A stretch of 64,000 nucleotides of DNA from contig OZ024745.1 of NCBI GenBank assembly GCA_964016885.1, positions 123,256,001 through 123,320,000 on the forward strand, written 5' to 3'. The notes under the pieces were generated by a model. The model worked only from the letters and a program-made list of their open reading frames with translations, made no database searches and had not been told where the DNA came from. The DNA comes from Eledone cirrhosa (lineage: Eukaryota). The position numbers were made by a program, and so were the translations under genes. Shown piece by piece: positions 13,900-27,784 of the stretch (within the stretch, counting starts at the first letter, position 1; each line of letters starts with the position of its first letter).

Positions 13900-15440
13900 T
13901 ATTGACAAAATTAGAGGTGAATGTTTATAACAAACTAAAGCCCCTTCATTTTGGCAAGTTAACGGCTATATGCCCTGGCAATGACTGTAGTGTATTATCT
14001 TGGTGATAAAAGAGATGTTAACAGAAAGAAAACAACACAAAAAATCTCATCGTATATTTCAAAAATAGAAAAAAATGATTGCTGACCAATGAAAAACTAT
14101 TGGCCACGTAACAATGCTTATCTTATCACATGGAAACAAAAACCAAAAGACTACACTCCTCACCAACAGAGTGAAAAATAAAATAGAAATGATGTTTGGA
14201 GACAGTATAAGCAGAACTCTTCAATGCAAGTAAATTGCCCTCAAGCAGGAACTGGGAGCTGTCAGCAGGAAACTCTGGTATCGAAAGAGGATGAAAAGAA
14301 AATGATTAATAAAAGATTCAGCTGAAATGGAGACATAGATTCCTCCTGAAGAAAAATATGGGATGAGGAAAAGAAATTCAACCAAGATACAGTGTAGTTG
14401 AAATAGATCCAAACAAATTACTGCCTGTGCATTACACTAAAAACATATAGTATCAATGAGGAAACCCTTGAGACTGTGATAGGAAAACTTCAAGATAAGA
14501 AAGCGCCAGAAAGAGACTTCATTGTCAGCAAATGCACAAAAAATTTACTTTCTATCAGATGTATCTTATCAACCTCTACCAGAAAACTCTCATGGGAGAT
14601 ATATATATATCAAGTTGTTTGATATTAGCAGAAACAATATTGTACATAGGAGAAACTTAGTTACAGTCTGGCTGGACTACAAGAAAGAATTTGATTATGT
14701 TCCCTACTTTTGGATGCTAGAGCTTGTTTGAATTACTAAACTCTCAGATATGATTATCAGAGCCATAAAGAACCTATCTTCTTCCTGAAGTTAAATTCAA
14801 AACCTATCACTGTCCTGAAGTTGAAAAACAGAAAAGGGGGACTATATTGTCACTGATAAAATAAAATATTGCAGGGGCATATTTCAATGAGACAGTCTCT
14901 ATGTGGTGCTATTTTTACTGTCAATAAATCTCTTGTCCTTTATGCCGAGGAAATATGAAGGATATGTAATTGGTTAACAGGAGGCCAGAAACACTAACCT
15001 AACACATTGCTTCTTTGTGGATGAGCTGAAACTTTATGCCAAGTTTATAAATGGTAAGAAAAAACCTTGATCTGGTTACAACATTCTCGAAAGATACTGG
15101 AATGGAGTTTGGCCAGGATAAATGTTCCTATATGATAGTAAAGTGAGGAAAAGCTAGAAGCCAGTTTAGCAACATTTATATCAATGGTGTAACTGTTTAA
15201 CTGGTTCCTAATGAGGACTGCTACAGATACTTAGGGATATATGTGAATACATCCTATGAAGGAATTTCTAACAAGGAACAAATAACCAAGGAATATAACA
15301 TCTGAATAAGGAAAATATGCTCTTCTGAATTTTCTGTGCAAAACAAATCAGTGGCTCACAATGTTTTTGTTGTGACTGTGCTCACAAAATTTGGACTACT
15401 TGACTGGACACAAGATGAGATCCAAGTCATTGATGTTAAA

Positions 15441-15442
<2 letters not shown>
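13900..15442 (+). mobile_element. decayed R4/Dong-like LINE, RT region
   Basis: WLDYKKEFDYVP, RGIFQ*DSL, FFVDELKLYA, GMEFGQDKC, YRYLG, FGLLDWTQDEIQVIDVKT; many stops. Confidence 0.8.
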
Positions 15443-15471
<29 letters not shown>

Positions 15472-15950
15472 CTTCTTCTTCTTCTTCTTCTTCTTCTTCT
15501 TCTTCTTCTTCTTCTTCTTCTCCTCCTTCTTCTTCATCGCCCACTTATTCCTGAGGGATTCATGCGACAGAGTTCTCAAACACTCCCTCCAGTGGGTCCT
15601 GTCAGAAGCAACCATCTCCAAGTGATCCGACTGGATCCCCAAGAGTGACCAGCTAAGCTCAAGGATGTTATCCAATCATCTTACTCTGGGTCTACCCCTG
15701 GGTCTCCTACCAGTTGGTTTTGCCAACTGTAAAATCTGTCCAGCGATTTTTCTGAAACATTCTAACCACATTCCCATAGTATCAGAGTTTGGAGCTCTCA
15801 ATTTGGAGAAGTAATGGCTCTACCTGGAGTGACTCTCTGATCTCCGAACTATGCACTTTATAGTGTAACATTACTCCAAGACCCTTCAGAGGAATCCCAT
15901 TTCAGCCACTTGCATTTGCGATTGTATTCTTTCAGTCATTACCCAAGATA
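15443..15950 (-). mobile_element. RTE-like 3' end with long (GAA)n tail
   Basis: GRPRVRW..LEMVASDRTHWR on the minus strand; (TTC)n 15443-15535. Confidence 0.8.
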
Positions 15951-16029
15951 AGTGTGTATATTGATATTATACGCAAGTATATATACATATATATATACAT
16001 GTAGATATGATACATAAAATAAAATCGTA

Positions 16030-16390
16030 ATTGACAATATACACAGAAATTGAACAAAGTCTGCATTACACTGTCTTATGTAATCAGTAACGTAATCCAT
16101 GATACATTAAAAAAAGACGATATTATATATAAACTGCATTAGGAGAAACTTAATGACGGAAATATATGAATGTTTATTTAAGTGATTGCTAACTGGAAGT
16201 GTTGACATTTGAAAATTTAAAAAAAGTGAATCTTTGAATAATTAATAAAATATATTTAATCAAAAGCCACAAAATTTAGTAGATACATTATGTAATATTC
16301 ATTCATTATTTATTCAAAGTAATCCAACTTATTTTACAAACGGGATAAAAAATTATATTCTGGATGCACTCCTTTCTTTATTATAGTTAT
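16030..16390. repeat. dispersed duplicated segment (second copy 50560-51125)
   Basis: collinear similarity, near-identical core attatgtaatattcattc...ggatgcactcct. Confidence 0.85.
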
Positions 16391-16622
16391 ACGATTTCAG
16401 ATAAATATATTATGTCAAGTTGAAAGATTGAAAGAAAAAAACAAGAAATGAAACAAAATGAAGAAGCAATTATCCAATACAAGTGGGTCATTTAGTTAAA
16501 AACAAATCAGGAACTGGAAAATTTATCATCTTAATTAACTTTGTTACATTATGTTAGAAAAAGAATTACAATTGATTCTTTAGTTCTTCTTCTTCTTCTT
16601 CTTCTTCTTATTATTATTATTA

Positions 16623-17155
16623 TCAGTTTTTATCTGTCTGGTGGCCATGGCGAAAGAGATAGTATGGTGGACGCGTCTGAAAGGGCTGAAGACGAGCACT
16701 TACCTCTTCGGTGATGCCTTGATTAACTTTTTCCAATTTCATTTGAAAAGGAAAATCAGAGTAGAGAGGGAAGTGCTCTCTTCCCAGCAATTTGTTGAAA
16801 GATGGGTGAGAGAGGCAAGAATGGCCCGAGTGAATGGGCCTACTCTGAGTTTGTGTCTGTAAATTGAAGGTGGAAAACTGGGAGAGGGCACTTGCCTTGG
16901 TGGTCAGGGTCACTGTGGCCTTTTAATGAGCTTTCTCCACAAATGTCCCTCGGAAGTCTCCCCCCTATTGGGGAATTTTTCATTGTTATTTTTTGTTACA
17001 TCCTCTGTTTTTGTTTTTTTACATGCAGAAATGCCCATTTGTACTGTCCTGTATTGTCCTGTACTGTCCTTAATGTCTACTTTATGTAAACCCTTGTGGT
17101 TAATAAAGAAATCATTATTATTATTATTATTATTATTGTTATTGTTATTATTATT
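16623..17155 (+). mobile_element. Tx1/L1-like LINE 3' end with (ATT)n tail
   Basis: MAKEIVWWTRLKG..FHLKRKIRVER matches the C-terminus of ORF 62967..63599. Confidence 0.85.
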
Positions 17156-17159
17156 AGAA

Positions 17160-17273
17160 GTAGTAGTGGTGCTGGTGGTGGTGGTGGTGGCGGTGACTGT
17201 GTTGTTGATGGTGGTGGTGACTGTGTTGTTGATGGTGGTGGTGGTGGTGGTGGTGGTGGTGGTGGTGGTGGTA
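17160..17273. repeat. (GGT)n microsatellite
   Basis: seen directly. Confidence 0.9.
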
Positions 17274-18731
17274 AGTACTGGGTTTGATTCAATCGATGTT
17301 CCCCCCTCCCAGCCTATTGTTGACCTTCTCACTAAATCAGTAGCCATTAGTATTATCATTGTTGTTGTAATTTGTGAGTTACACCATCTGCTAAATAATT
17401 TGTCAAATATCAATTTTAGGTCATAGGTTTAAGTGACATAAACAATTAGCTTGTACAACATCATGACCTAACTTTGGAAATGATCAGGATCAATACAGAA
17501 CAGTATTAGCAGCAAATAATTATTATCTTAACTTCTATCCAAATAAAATTAGAGTTATATAAAAAATTTCCCATTTTTTATATAACTTTTCATTCTTGTT
17601 TTATTGATCCCAAGAATTTATTTAACTTTTGCAGGATTTGAAACTCGACAGTTAAGCCTTTCATTACCATTTTTCTAATGAAAGACACTGCCGAAGGTCT
17701 TCACATCATTTTGAAATTAATCAAATATTTGGAGAAATTTAATAATATAACTAATTTTCTTAATATTAAGCTGTTGTTTGGAACAAAACTAAACAAAGGC
17801 TTTTCCATAAAATTATGATAAAAGATTTTTATACCAGTATAAACCATCTTAACTCTTTAGCATTTTAACTGGCTGTATTCGGCCAGAATTATCTCACCTC
17901 TTTAATTTCAAACTGGCTGTAACTGGCCACTCATACTGATGTTAAGGTATTGTTCTCAAAATAAATAACATCAAAATCTCATAGATTCAATATTATGTGA
18001 GATAAAGCTTTTATACCAGTATAAAATCTTCAAAATAAGCAACTATGAACCATAGAACCAAGGGTAGTTTAAGCTAGTTTCATATCAGAAGAATTAAATA
18101 ACCACACAATTATGATCACTTAGTGTCTGTTTTAATTACTCTATAAACAGTACAGCTCCATCTCCAAGTCAGCTCTTATCTAGTTGGTACCTTCCTACAT
18201 AGCCTGACACATACACACGCACACACACATACATGCATGTCATCATCATCATTATCATTTTAACATCCACTTTTCATGTTATCAAGGGTTGCATGGTTCT
18301 ATATAGACCAACTCCATACTGAAGCAGAACCACGGATCTCCCGAGCAAGCCAGGGATCTGCGTTTTACTTATGTATGGTCTCACATTCTATCAAGGGAGA
18401 GGTTGTCATGCGTTTGACACAACTGAGGGTCCACCCAACCCTTTGTTTGGTAAGAATTCTACGGCTGGATGCCCTTATATATATATATATATGTATATGT
18501 GTGTTTACTGACTGACTGAATTATCAATAGTTTAATGTTAGCTCTATTAAATTTTGTTGATGACCATAAATTGATTTGTGAGATATATCAATAATTTTGA
18601 TGTCTTTATTGGATGATTTGATGATCATTAAGTTGTTGATCATATTGAACTAATGTTGATTTCCCAGATGAATTTCTTCAAGTTTTGCTATCTTACTACC
18701 GAAATTCCACAGAGATATACTCTGCAACTGA

Positions 18732-19190
18732 TTAACCTGTTGACTGCTGCATATATTTTCCACAGCTACAGTTGCTGTGCTGGGTTTTTTTTTCCAGTAA
18801 AATGACTATTTTTTTAAACAAACATTTATTAACACATATCTGAATAATTGACAAACATCACATCAATAAAGTAGTAACTCCATCTAGCTTTGAAGTTATA
18901 AACTGTTGGAAATGAGTTCATAACTTTGAAGTTTTTTTTAAGTTTTTTTTTGCCTATTAATCCGTGTTTATTTATAATAGTTTATAACTTTGCCTATTAA
19001 TCCGTATGGTGAGCAAATGGGGTCCCACGTGCTGGCCTCCCCACAGCCCCGGCGGACAGGATAGAGAAGGCATTTCCCCGGAGGATGGTAAGTATATCTC
19101 AGGTAGACGTGCTTTGAAGTTGTGAACTGTTGGAAAAGAGTTCAAACGTGTTAGGATGAATTATCTCATCTACGGCACTGAAGAGGTTAA
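18732..19190. mobile_element. TTAA-flanked MITE family B containing a GC-rich insert
   Basis: TTAA-CCTGTT...AAGAGG-TTAA; copies at 26659-27149 (family A nested inside) and 51278-51663. Confidence 0.7.
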
Positions 19191-19315
19191 CCTAAGTTAG
19201 CATTGAGTTAGTGGCATGATGTTGCAGTTCCATATATTGTGTGAAGTTCCTTGTGGCTTTGTGATTTCATCAATCTATTAATATTATATTATATTATATT
19301 ATATATATTATATTA

Positions 19316-19505
19316 GGGCGGTGAATTGGCAGTATCGGTAGAGGGTTGGACACCGTGCTTTCTAGCATAGTTACGTCCCTTTACGGTCTGAGTTCAAATC
19401 CCGCTGAGGTTAACTTTGCCTTTCATCCTTACGGGGTCGATAAAATAAAGTACCAGTAATGCACTGGGATAATTGCTGGCCTTGTGCCAAAAAGTAGAAA
19501 CAATT
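19316..19505 (+). mobile_element. SINE family 1
   Basis: gggcggtgaattggcag head, B-box, conserved core, agaaacaattat tail. Confidence 0.9.
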
Positions 19506-19526
19506 ATATTATATATATTATATATA

Positions 19527-19683
19527 TCATTTATATTAAGGCTAAAAGTGAGTCTTGTCATCCTGAAGTTTCACCTGTTTATCACAGGGTCATCAGACAA
19601 TAACAGTTTTTGTCTAATGACCCTATGATAAACAGGTGACACTCCAGAGTAACATGACTCACTTTTAGAATTAGTATAAATGA
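19527..19683. repeat. imperfect palindrome with a hammerhead core in each arm
   Basis: minus arm CTGATGA-cCCTGTgataaACAGGt-GAAAC; plus arm CTAATGA..GACACTCCAGAGTA. Confidence 0.8.
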
Positions 19684-20039
19684 ATATTAAAACTACTTCG
19701 GTATAGATTACTCCTTTCTCTCAGCTGTCAATGACATATGGATATATATATATATAAGAGGCATGCATCAGTTACAATGTTAGATCAATGAATAAAAAAT
19801 AAAATCAGCAAAAAGCAAGTAAGATAGAAGTTACCTTCTTACTTCAAAAATCTCAACAGCGGTTTAGCCTTATAAGATTAATTTAGGATAATCAATGTTG
19901 AAGGGAAAAAACCCTGAACACCCCCACATAACTAAAAGTGGACTAGGCGAAATGTCTATAGATAATAACTGAAGTGAACTTCTGCACACGCTTGACCCCT
20001 CCACCTTCACCCCTCCGCCTCTGCCTCTTTCACTCCCTC

Positions 20040-20727
20040 ATATCCCTGCACTGTAGTCACCATACCCCAGGACCTACCACTCTCCAAAGCTGAGTGCCCC
20101 CTCCTCGCCTGTGGTTTGCGTTTTATACCAACCACATCTACCTGCGACGAGTTCCGCACACGTGCCGAGATTGAAGGGTTCTTCCGTCGATTAAAGCTGA
20201 AAGCTTTTTTTCATGACACGCCATCATCGACACAGACGGATGACTTCACTCGTCTCAGTCGCTGGCAATTACATTGGACGCCGAGCTCTGGCCAGTTCAG
20301 CACCCTCGACTCCTTTGTCGAAACCTGCCGACGTACTGTCAATCGGTTCCATTTCCACCAGCATTCTTGTCGCTCTAACATCACGCGAACTGAGCTCTCC
20401 GCTCTTCACAAACTTCGACGTCGCGATGACATTATCATCAAACCAGCTGACAAAGGTGGCGCTGTGGTGGTTTGGAGCACTGACCTCTATAGGGCTGAGG
20501 CTCTCCGCCAGCTTCACAATACCCTTTTTTACCGCCCTTTATCCTCCGACCCCACTCCTGGCTACCAATAACTTGTGTCCTCCACCATCCATGAGCTCAT
20601 GTACTCCTCCCTCCTACCCCCCACAGCCATCAACCTTATTGTACGCACCCCTCGCACACCCACCATCTACTTCCTGCCCAAAATACACAAACAAAATAAT
20701 CATGGCCGTCCTATTGTTTCTGCATTT
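20040..20727 (+). mobile_element. Penelope-like element, N-terminal/RT region fragment
   Basis: FFRRLKLKAFF, IIIKPADKGGAVVVW, PLSSDPT, YFLPKIHK..GRPIVSA; in-frame stop at 20571. Confidence 0.9.
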
Positions 20728-22399
20728 GTAGGTTTAAGTTTGTATGTAAGGGAAGGCAGGTCTTCTGTATAACACATATATATATATTTGATGATTTGTT
20801 CTATTCTCCCTTGTGGTCGAGTAAAACTAGGCTGGAAGGTGAGCTATTTCCAGCAATCCTTCATACTTGCTGATTTTTTCTTACTTTGAATTTATAATGC
20901 TCATTGAGCAAAAATTGTAACTGATGGATATTTTTATATGTCTATTCACGGTTATATATCTTTGATAATTTGTTATAAACATATATATATAGATATATAT
21001 ATACATACAAATATATGAAGTATATATGTATATATATATATATATACACATAAAATATATGAAGTATATATATATGTATATACAAATATATGAAGTATAT
21101 ATATTCTTGTCGATCTTGTGAGCTGCTTAGCAATAAATAATTGTTGCTGAAAAAAATAAATATGGTACAATAAGGAGTTTTTTCTTGAATTTTGTGATAA
21201 AGTCTGGGTTTTTTTTGATCAGTAGATTATCTAATATGGCCACATTTTCTTTGAAGCTTTTGACAGATAAGTAGCTAGGTTTTTAATTTCTTTATTAACT
21301 TCTTTTAGCTCCTCTATGAAAGTCGAATATGTATAAGGCAAATCGATATTGCATTTTGGCAGAGTTTTGTAATAAGCTCCAACCCATTTCTTTTTTTTTT
21401 TACTTGAAATATATTTTTGGGGTGGGTGGGGGATCTTTATGTTTTAAATGACATTATAATTCTGCAGAAAAATAAAAATTCCAAATTTCAAATTTTTCTT
21501 TTGTTTATTGCAAGCCTCACTTTCTCTGTTTCAAAATATGCAGCAGGCTGGATCCTTTTCATTTTAGATACTTTAAGGTTTTTTTTTTAATTACACATTT
21601 TAAGTATGGAAAATTCAGATATTTTTTTTTTAAATTAATAAATTCAATTTTTTAACGTCCACATTCTTTGTCCATACTGGAGTATGTAACATGACATAAC
21701 ATACTCACTATGGATTTGTTTATTCATTCTTTTTGCTTTATTGCGAGGGGGGGGGGGATTATACATTTTAGATGCAAGTTTGCCAAAAAAAAAAAAAAAC
21801 ATTTTTAAATCTTAGATTCAGTTTTTCCCTACAAAGGGTCCTATTCCAAAACTACACTTAAAAGATTTCTTTTGATTTTTACTCCTGAGAAAAAGCACTC
21901 CATGTCATGAAGTTTGATCTCTTAATCTCTGCCTCCTAATTCTTCCAAATTATTAATTACCAATTGTTGATATCCCACCTTCTGGTGACATTTTTAAATT
22001 GTAAAAGCAAGAAATATTTTTTAAAACATTCAGAAATATTCCATATATGGACCGAAGCTCATGAAGCCAGATACCCAAGGTCAATCTAAAAAAAGACTGA
22101 CTTGTGCATTTAAATATGTTAATTTAGAGAACAATGACTGAATCCACAGTATATTGTGACTGTAACAAAACACTAATGCAGCATACCAGTGTATTTAACA
22201 CTTTCATCACCATATTTTTAAGTTACACTATATTTTAATTAATTGATGAAAACGGAGGAATTTACTAAAAGTATTAGTTATTCCTAAACTAAGATGTTGT
22301 TTGTTCATAATCATCATAAACATCATTGACATGTTAAACTGGGCTGGAAGTGGTATCAAAATTGGCGAGTGTTGGATTGGTTGGGTCACATTTGTAGTT

Positions 22400-22735
22400 G
22401 ACATGGTGGTACTTAACTCATTGGAAAGTGATCTCCAGCATGTACTGAATAGGGTTTGCTAATGTGTGCTGCATAGTAGGAATAAAAATCAATGCTGCAA
22501 AGACTGGAATACTTGTCCTCTCGAAAAAGTTTGTACAATGATACAAATGATGGAATTTTGAGTAAAGAGCGAAAACCTAAGATCACAAATACAAGTAGCT
22601 GAAAGGGGATCTCTCTGAAGAATCTTTGGAGTAATGTTACAAGATGGCTGGATAATATCTATGAGCTTAGCTGGTCATGCTTGGGGATCCAGCTAGATCA
22701 ATTGAAGATAGTTGGTGGAAGGCATGCTGGAGGAG
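22400..22735 (+). mobile_element. old RTE-like fragment
   Basis: degenerate KINAAKTGILV and KIQVAERGSL*RIFGV segments. Confidence 0.45.
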
Positions 22736-22759
22736 GAGAATTAGAAGAAGAAGGAGTAT

Positions 22760-23240
22760 TCATCATCATCATCATCATCATAATCATCATCATTTCATGT
22801 CTGCTTTTCCCTGCTTGCAAGGGTGGGACGGGTCCTATTCAGCACAGCAACTCTCCATTCGTCACAGTCCTTTGTCATCTCCTCCGTGAGCTTCAGTGAT
22901 CTGAGATCCGAAATCAGCTCTCACCACCTACTCCCATGTTTTTCGTGGTCTTCCTCTACTGTGTCTTCCTTCCACTGGGATTTCTTGGCACTTCTTTACC
23001 CAACGGTCATCCTCCATGCACATCACATGTCCATACCATCTCAGCCTTCTCTCCTACACACCACAACTTATCCCTCTTATACCCAGTTTCTTTCTCAACT
23101 CGTCTATGCTTGGTTGTTCACGCACATTGACATTGCACATCCAACGGATGTAATACAAACTACTATGCCGTCGCATATCCTTCACAGTTGCTGCCTATGT
23201 CTCACTACCATGCAGCATCGTCCATCTCACACAGACATCA
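22760..23240 (-). mobile_element. RTE 3' fragment
   Basis: homologous to 1307-1790. Confidence 0.85.
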
Positions 23241-23971
23241 TATATATTCTTTTTAATAATATATATTTACTGTTCCAAGTATCAATTATTGACTCATACT
23301 GATGATATTATTACCGAGTGAGATATAACTTCTCATTCAGATTAACTAATCTCAAATTCGTCCATGTTTTTCATGATCAATCCACGAAAGCAAACTCTAT
23401 GGGATCATTTGACCTACTAAAATTATCAGCCAAATCTCCCTCAAATCTCCAAAAAATGATAGACTTAGATAATGTATTCTTATATATGTCATGTCTAAAT
23501 AGAATATAGGAGAGTTACAGTTAGAATATCTTTGATCAAAGGTGATGCTGTCCTGAAGCTAAACAACAATAACAACCACATTTTATGATACTGTAATTGT
23601 AAATAAATGGGTATGTTATATTAATGGAAAGTATATTTAAATCTGGAACACCATTTTCAAACGAAACTTTGTAAATCAAAAATTCATTTTAAAGTAAATG
23701 TAACAATATGAAGCTCTGGGGAATCAAGATTTATAGACACAGTTATGATTTAGCTGTTTACATCACACTTAGTAGCTTCAAGCTGGTAACTGTTATGAGT
23801 TTCTTTACTCACCTGATGGGTATTATTAAAATATAGATATCTTGTAATATAATATTGATTTCACAAAGCACAGAGGACAATTTAGTAGTTTGTATTACAT
23901 TCTGATATCAGTTTCAAACACAGGCATGTGTGTATGTGTGTGTCATCATCATCATCATCATCGTTTAACGT

Positions 23972-24012
<41 letters not shown>

Positions 24013-24068
24013 GTTGAAAAGATATTTATGTACACAATACACAAGCCACGCACAAAAGCACAGAAATA

Positions 24069-24113
<45 letters not shown>

Positions 24114-26658
24114 ATACATATATCATCATCATCATCATCGTTTAACGTCTATCTTCCACGCTAGCATGGGTTTAGACGGGAATTGTACCACTTGAGGCAA
24201 GATTGGTTGTCTTGCTCGTATAGGACTGTCTAGCAGGGTTTCTATGGCTGGATGCCCTTCCTAATACTGTTATATGGTCATTTAATTATGGCCGAAATTC
24301 TAGGATTATATTATTATAAAATAACCTTCTCAAAACTACACAAACATATTTGTCCAAAATTCTGTCACCTCTTTTTGTTTAGGTATTGTAAGATATTGTT
24401 CTCAAAATAAATAATATCAAAATTTCATAGATTCGATATTATGTGAGATAATTATGTAAGATAAAGCCTTTACCACAAAAATACAATAGTACATATAGAA
24501 TAATGTAAATGTTAAAGGGTTAATAATTTAAAAGTTTCTTATATTTTTAAATGCCTCTAAGTTTTCAAAAGTAACTGAAAATCATGAAAAGCATTTTCTT
24601 TTTTTTTTCTTTAGAAATAAGGTAAGAGGAAGAAACTGTAGTGTGCAAGAGAGAAGTCTGTGTTGGTATGGCCATGTGATGTGCATGGAAGATGACCACT
24701 GGGTGAAGAGGTGCCATGTAATCCCATTAGAAGGAAGACACAGTTGGTAATGAAAGTGTTTACTTAGATACTTAGAGAATAATGTATGTGTTATACAAGC
24801 ATATGTCACTACAACCTAATGATGTGCAGATATTTCTTCACTTCATATTGTTCAGAATAAGGAGAGAGAGATTATTTATGAACATTCATATTTAATATGT
24901 ACAAGATTAAATGATATGCATTTGTAAACAAGAAGTTGAGCTCAAAAGAAAATATTGAAATTTTATTTGTTTAGTAAGCAATTCAATACAGCTATGTTAT
25001 GAATAATTATTGTGTTGATCTTGGATGAATGTAATTTAAGTTCCACTATAATTTAGTTTGAAATCAAAATGAAGTGAGCTGTAAAAAAATTAGCTCAGCC
25101 CACTACCAAACCTACCAACATACTATTGTAGACTCTCTATATTTCCTATCAACCTTCTCTTCACTGGTTTTCTTACAATCATCATCATCATCTTTTTATG
25201 TCTGCTTTTCCCTGCTTGCAAGGGTGGGATGGGAACTGATTCTGGGTTGATTTCTACAGTTGGATGCCCTTCCTAACACCAACCTCATTTACAGTGGGTG
25301 CTGGGTGCTTTTTTTGCCGTGGCGCCTCCATGACCACTTTGCAGTTACAATAGACATGATTATTATCCTCAGTGTTATTACATTGCTTAGAATTTCTCAT
25401 TCTTAACTCTTTCTTTAAGACTTTTCATGTTAAACTGTTTGTGAATGCATGCTTCTTCATTGTGTTTACACAATTGCTTCATTATTTGGATTTAATTACA
25501 AGTTATCTATCTTTACTGTATCTCCAGATTATTTCATTTCTTGTGACAATATCATCTATGCACTTATCATTATTGTTTTAAGGCAGTGGAATTTGGTGAA
25601 GATATTAGCAAACGAATTTAGAAGCTATATCATATCTATCTTAGCACCTTAAGTTTCTCAACCCAAATCTTGTGCCTGAGTTCAAATTTGCTTTACATCT
25701 TGGCAGGATCAATAAAATAAAAACCAGTAAGATCATCAGCTGATAAAATCCTTTACTCTCTTAATATAAAATTGCCTAAAAATGCCATTGGATCTGTAAT
25801 ACAAAGCTGTTTATTTTAACCCTTTAGCATTTAAACCGGCCATATCCAGTCAGAATTATCACACCTCTTTCTGTTCAAACCAGCTGTAACCAGCTGCTTA
25901 TGCTGAATTTAAAGTATTGTTCTCAATAAATAATATCAAAATCTCATAGATTCAATATTATGTGAGAAATATTATGTGAGATAAAGCCTTTACCACAAAA
26001 ATGCAATAATATACATAAAAAAAACACACAGTCCATGCTGTAATGTGGCCGTGTAGGTAACACGGTAAAAACCTCCCAGTCAACACTGTAAACGTGGTTC
26101 GTGTTAGGAAGGGCATCCAGCCGTAGAAAACCTGCCAGACAGTCCTATACGCTTCTATTAAATTATAATAATTGTTACTACTTTTGGCACAAGGCCAGCA
26201 ATTATACCAGTGCATTTTATTGACCCCGTAAGGATGAAAGGTAAAGTTAACCTCGGTGAGATTTGAACTCAGAACGTAAAGGGACATAACTCTATGCTGC
26301 AAAGCATGGTATCAGACCCTCTACCATTACTGTCAATCCACCACCCTATTAAATTATAATAATTGTTTCTACTTTTGGCACAAGGCCAGCAATTATCCCA
26401 GTGTATTACTGGTACTTTATTTTATCGACCCCGTAAGGATGAAAGGCAAAGTAATGTTTGTTAAAATGATTCTACTGTTTCCATTAGTATTATCACCAGG
26501 AAATCTTTTTTCTAATCTGTATTATTTTAATGACTTGGTAAGAAGAGAAAGAGAAGTGCTAGACCTTTTGGGGGTCTTCCAAAATTGGTGTGTGACAAGG
26601 AGGAAGTTATTTTCAGATTGGAGGCTTGGCTCAAAAGCTTGAAACAGAGTAGATTCCA

Positions 26659-27149
26659 TTAGCCTCTTCAGTGCCATAGATGAGATAACTCATCTTAACC
26701 CTTTAGCATTTAAACTGGCCATATCCGACCAGAATCTCTCACCTGTTTCTGTTTAAACTGGCCATAACTGGTCACTCATACTGATGTTAAGGTATTATTC
26801 TCAAAACATATAACATCAAAATCTAGTAAATTCGATATTATGTGAGACATTATGTAAGATAAAGCCTTTACCACAAAAAGACAATAGTGTATATAGAGTA
26901 ATGTAAATGCTAAAGGGTTAACGTGTCTGCATTCCTGCCAGACAAGATAACTCATCCTAACATATTTGAACTCTTTTCCAACAGTTCATAACTTCAAAGC
27001 TAGATGGGATTACTAGTTTATTGATGTGACATTCAGATATGCATTGTTAATAAATGTTTGTTAAAAGAAATAGTCATTTTATCGAAAAAAAAATAACCCA
27101 GCACAGAAACTGTAGCTGTGTAAAATATACGTGGCAGTCAACAGGTTAA
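26659..27149. mobile_element. MITE family B with family A nested at 26695-26921
   Basis: family A inserted at a TTAA inside the family B subterminal repeat. Confidence 0.75.
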
Positions 27150-27784
27150 AGACAACTAAGGTTCCTCTTTAACACCACCAGTTGGTAGTACAAAATTAAG
27201 TAGCAGATTCAGTTTACCCAAGAAGAGAAACTGTCCTTCTGACAGATTCCCTTTTAATTCTTTTAGACAAATCAACAAGATCCTAGACCTCATTCACTTA
27301 CTGAGTGAAGTAGAACTCATCAGATCAAACCAAGGAAAGACAACTGTCTATCTGAATTGACAGTATTCCAGACCTTATTCACTTACCAAGTGAGGTGGAA
27401 CTCGTCAGGTCGGACCAAGGAAACAATGCTTCCATTGGTCTTTCCAATTTCTGATATTATCTACTGTTCACAACTCCTGACTGGAGCAGCAACATGAAAT
27501 AAAGCATCTTGCTCAAGATACAATGCAGTGCCCAGTTATTTACCAAATTTTACCCACAAATTATTAGTCAATGAATAGCTATGATAGAAGACACTTACCC
27601 AAGATACTGTGCAATAGGATCTAAAACACAACCACACAGCCATACCAGTGGCATATTGTATTTATGTAGCAAAATAGATCAGCACAGAGCTAGAACACAA
27701 TATTTGTAATAGCAAGATACTTAATAGTAGTTGAACAACAATATAACTGACCATATGACTCATGCAACAGTAAATCTATGTTAC

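Noticed and set aside
23330-23510. DLLKLSAKSPSNLQKMID resembling an RT YxDD-adjacent segment
   Set aside because: Too short and degenerate to assign.
27285-27423. Two tandem CTGANGA...GAAT motifs on the minus strand
   Set aside because: The 85-bp duplication is real, but there is GAAT rather than GAAA, no A-U stem III closure and a poorly placed stem II.
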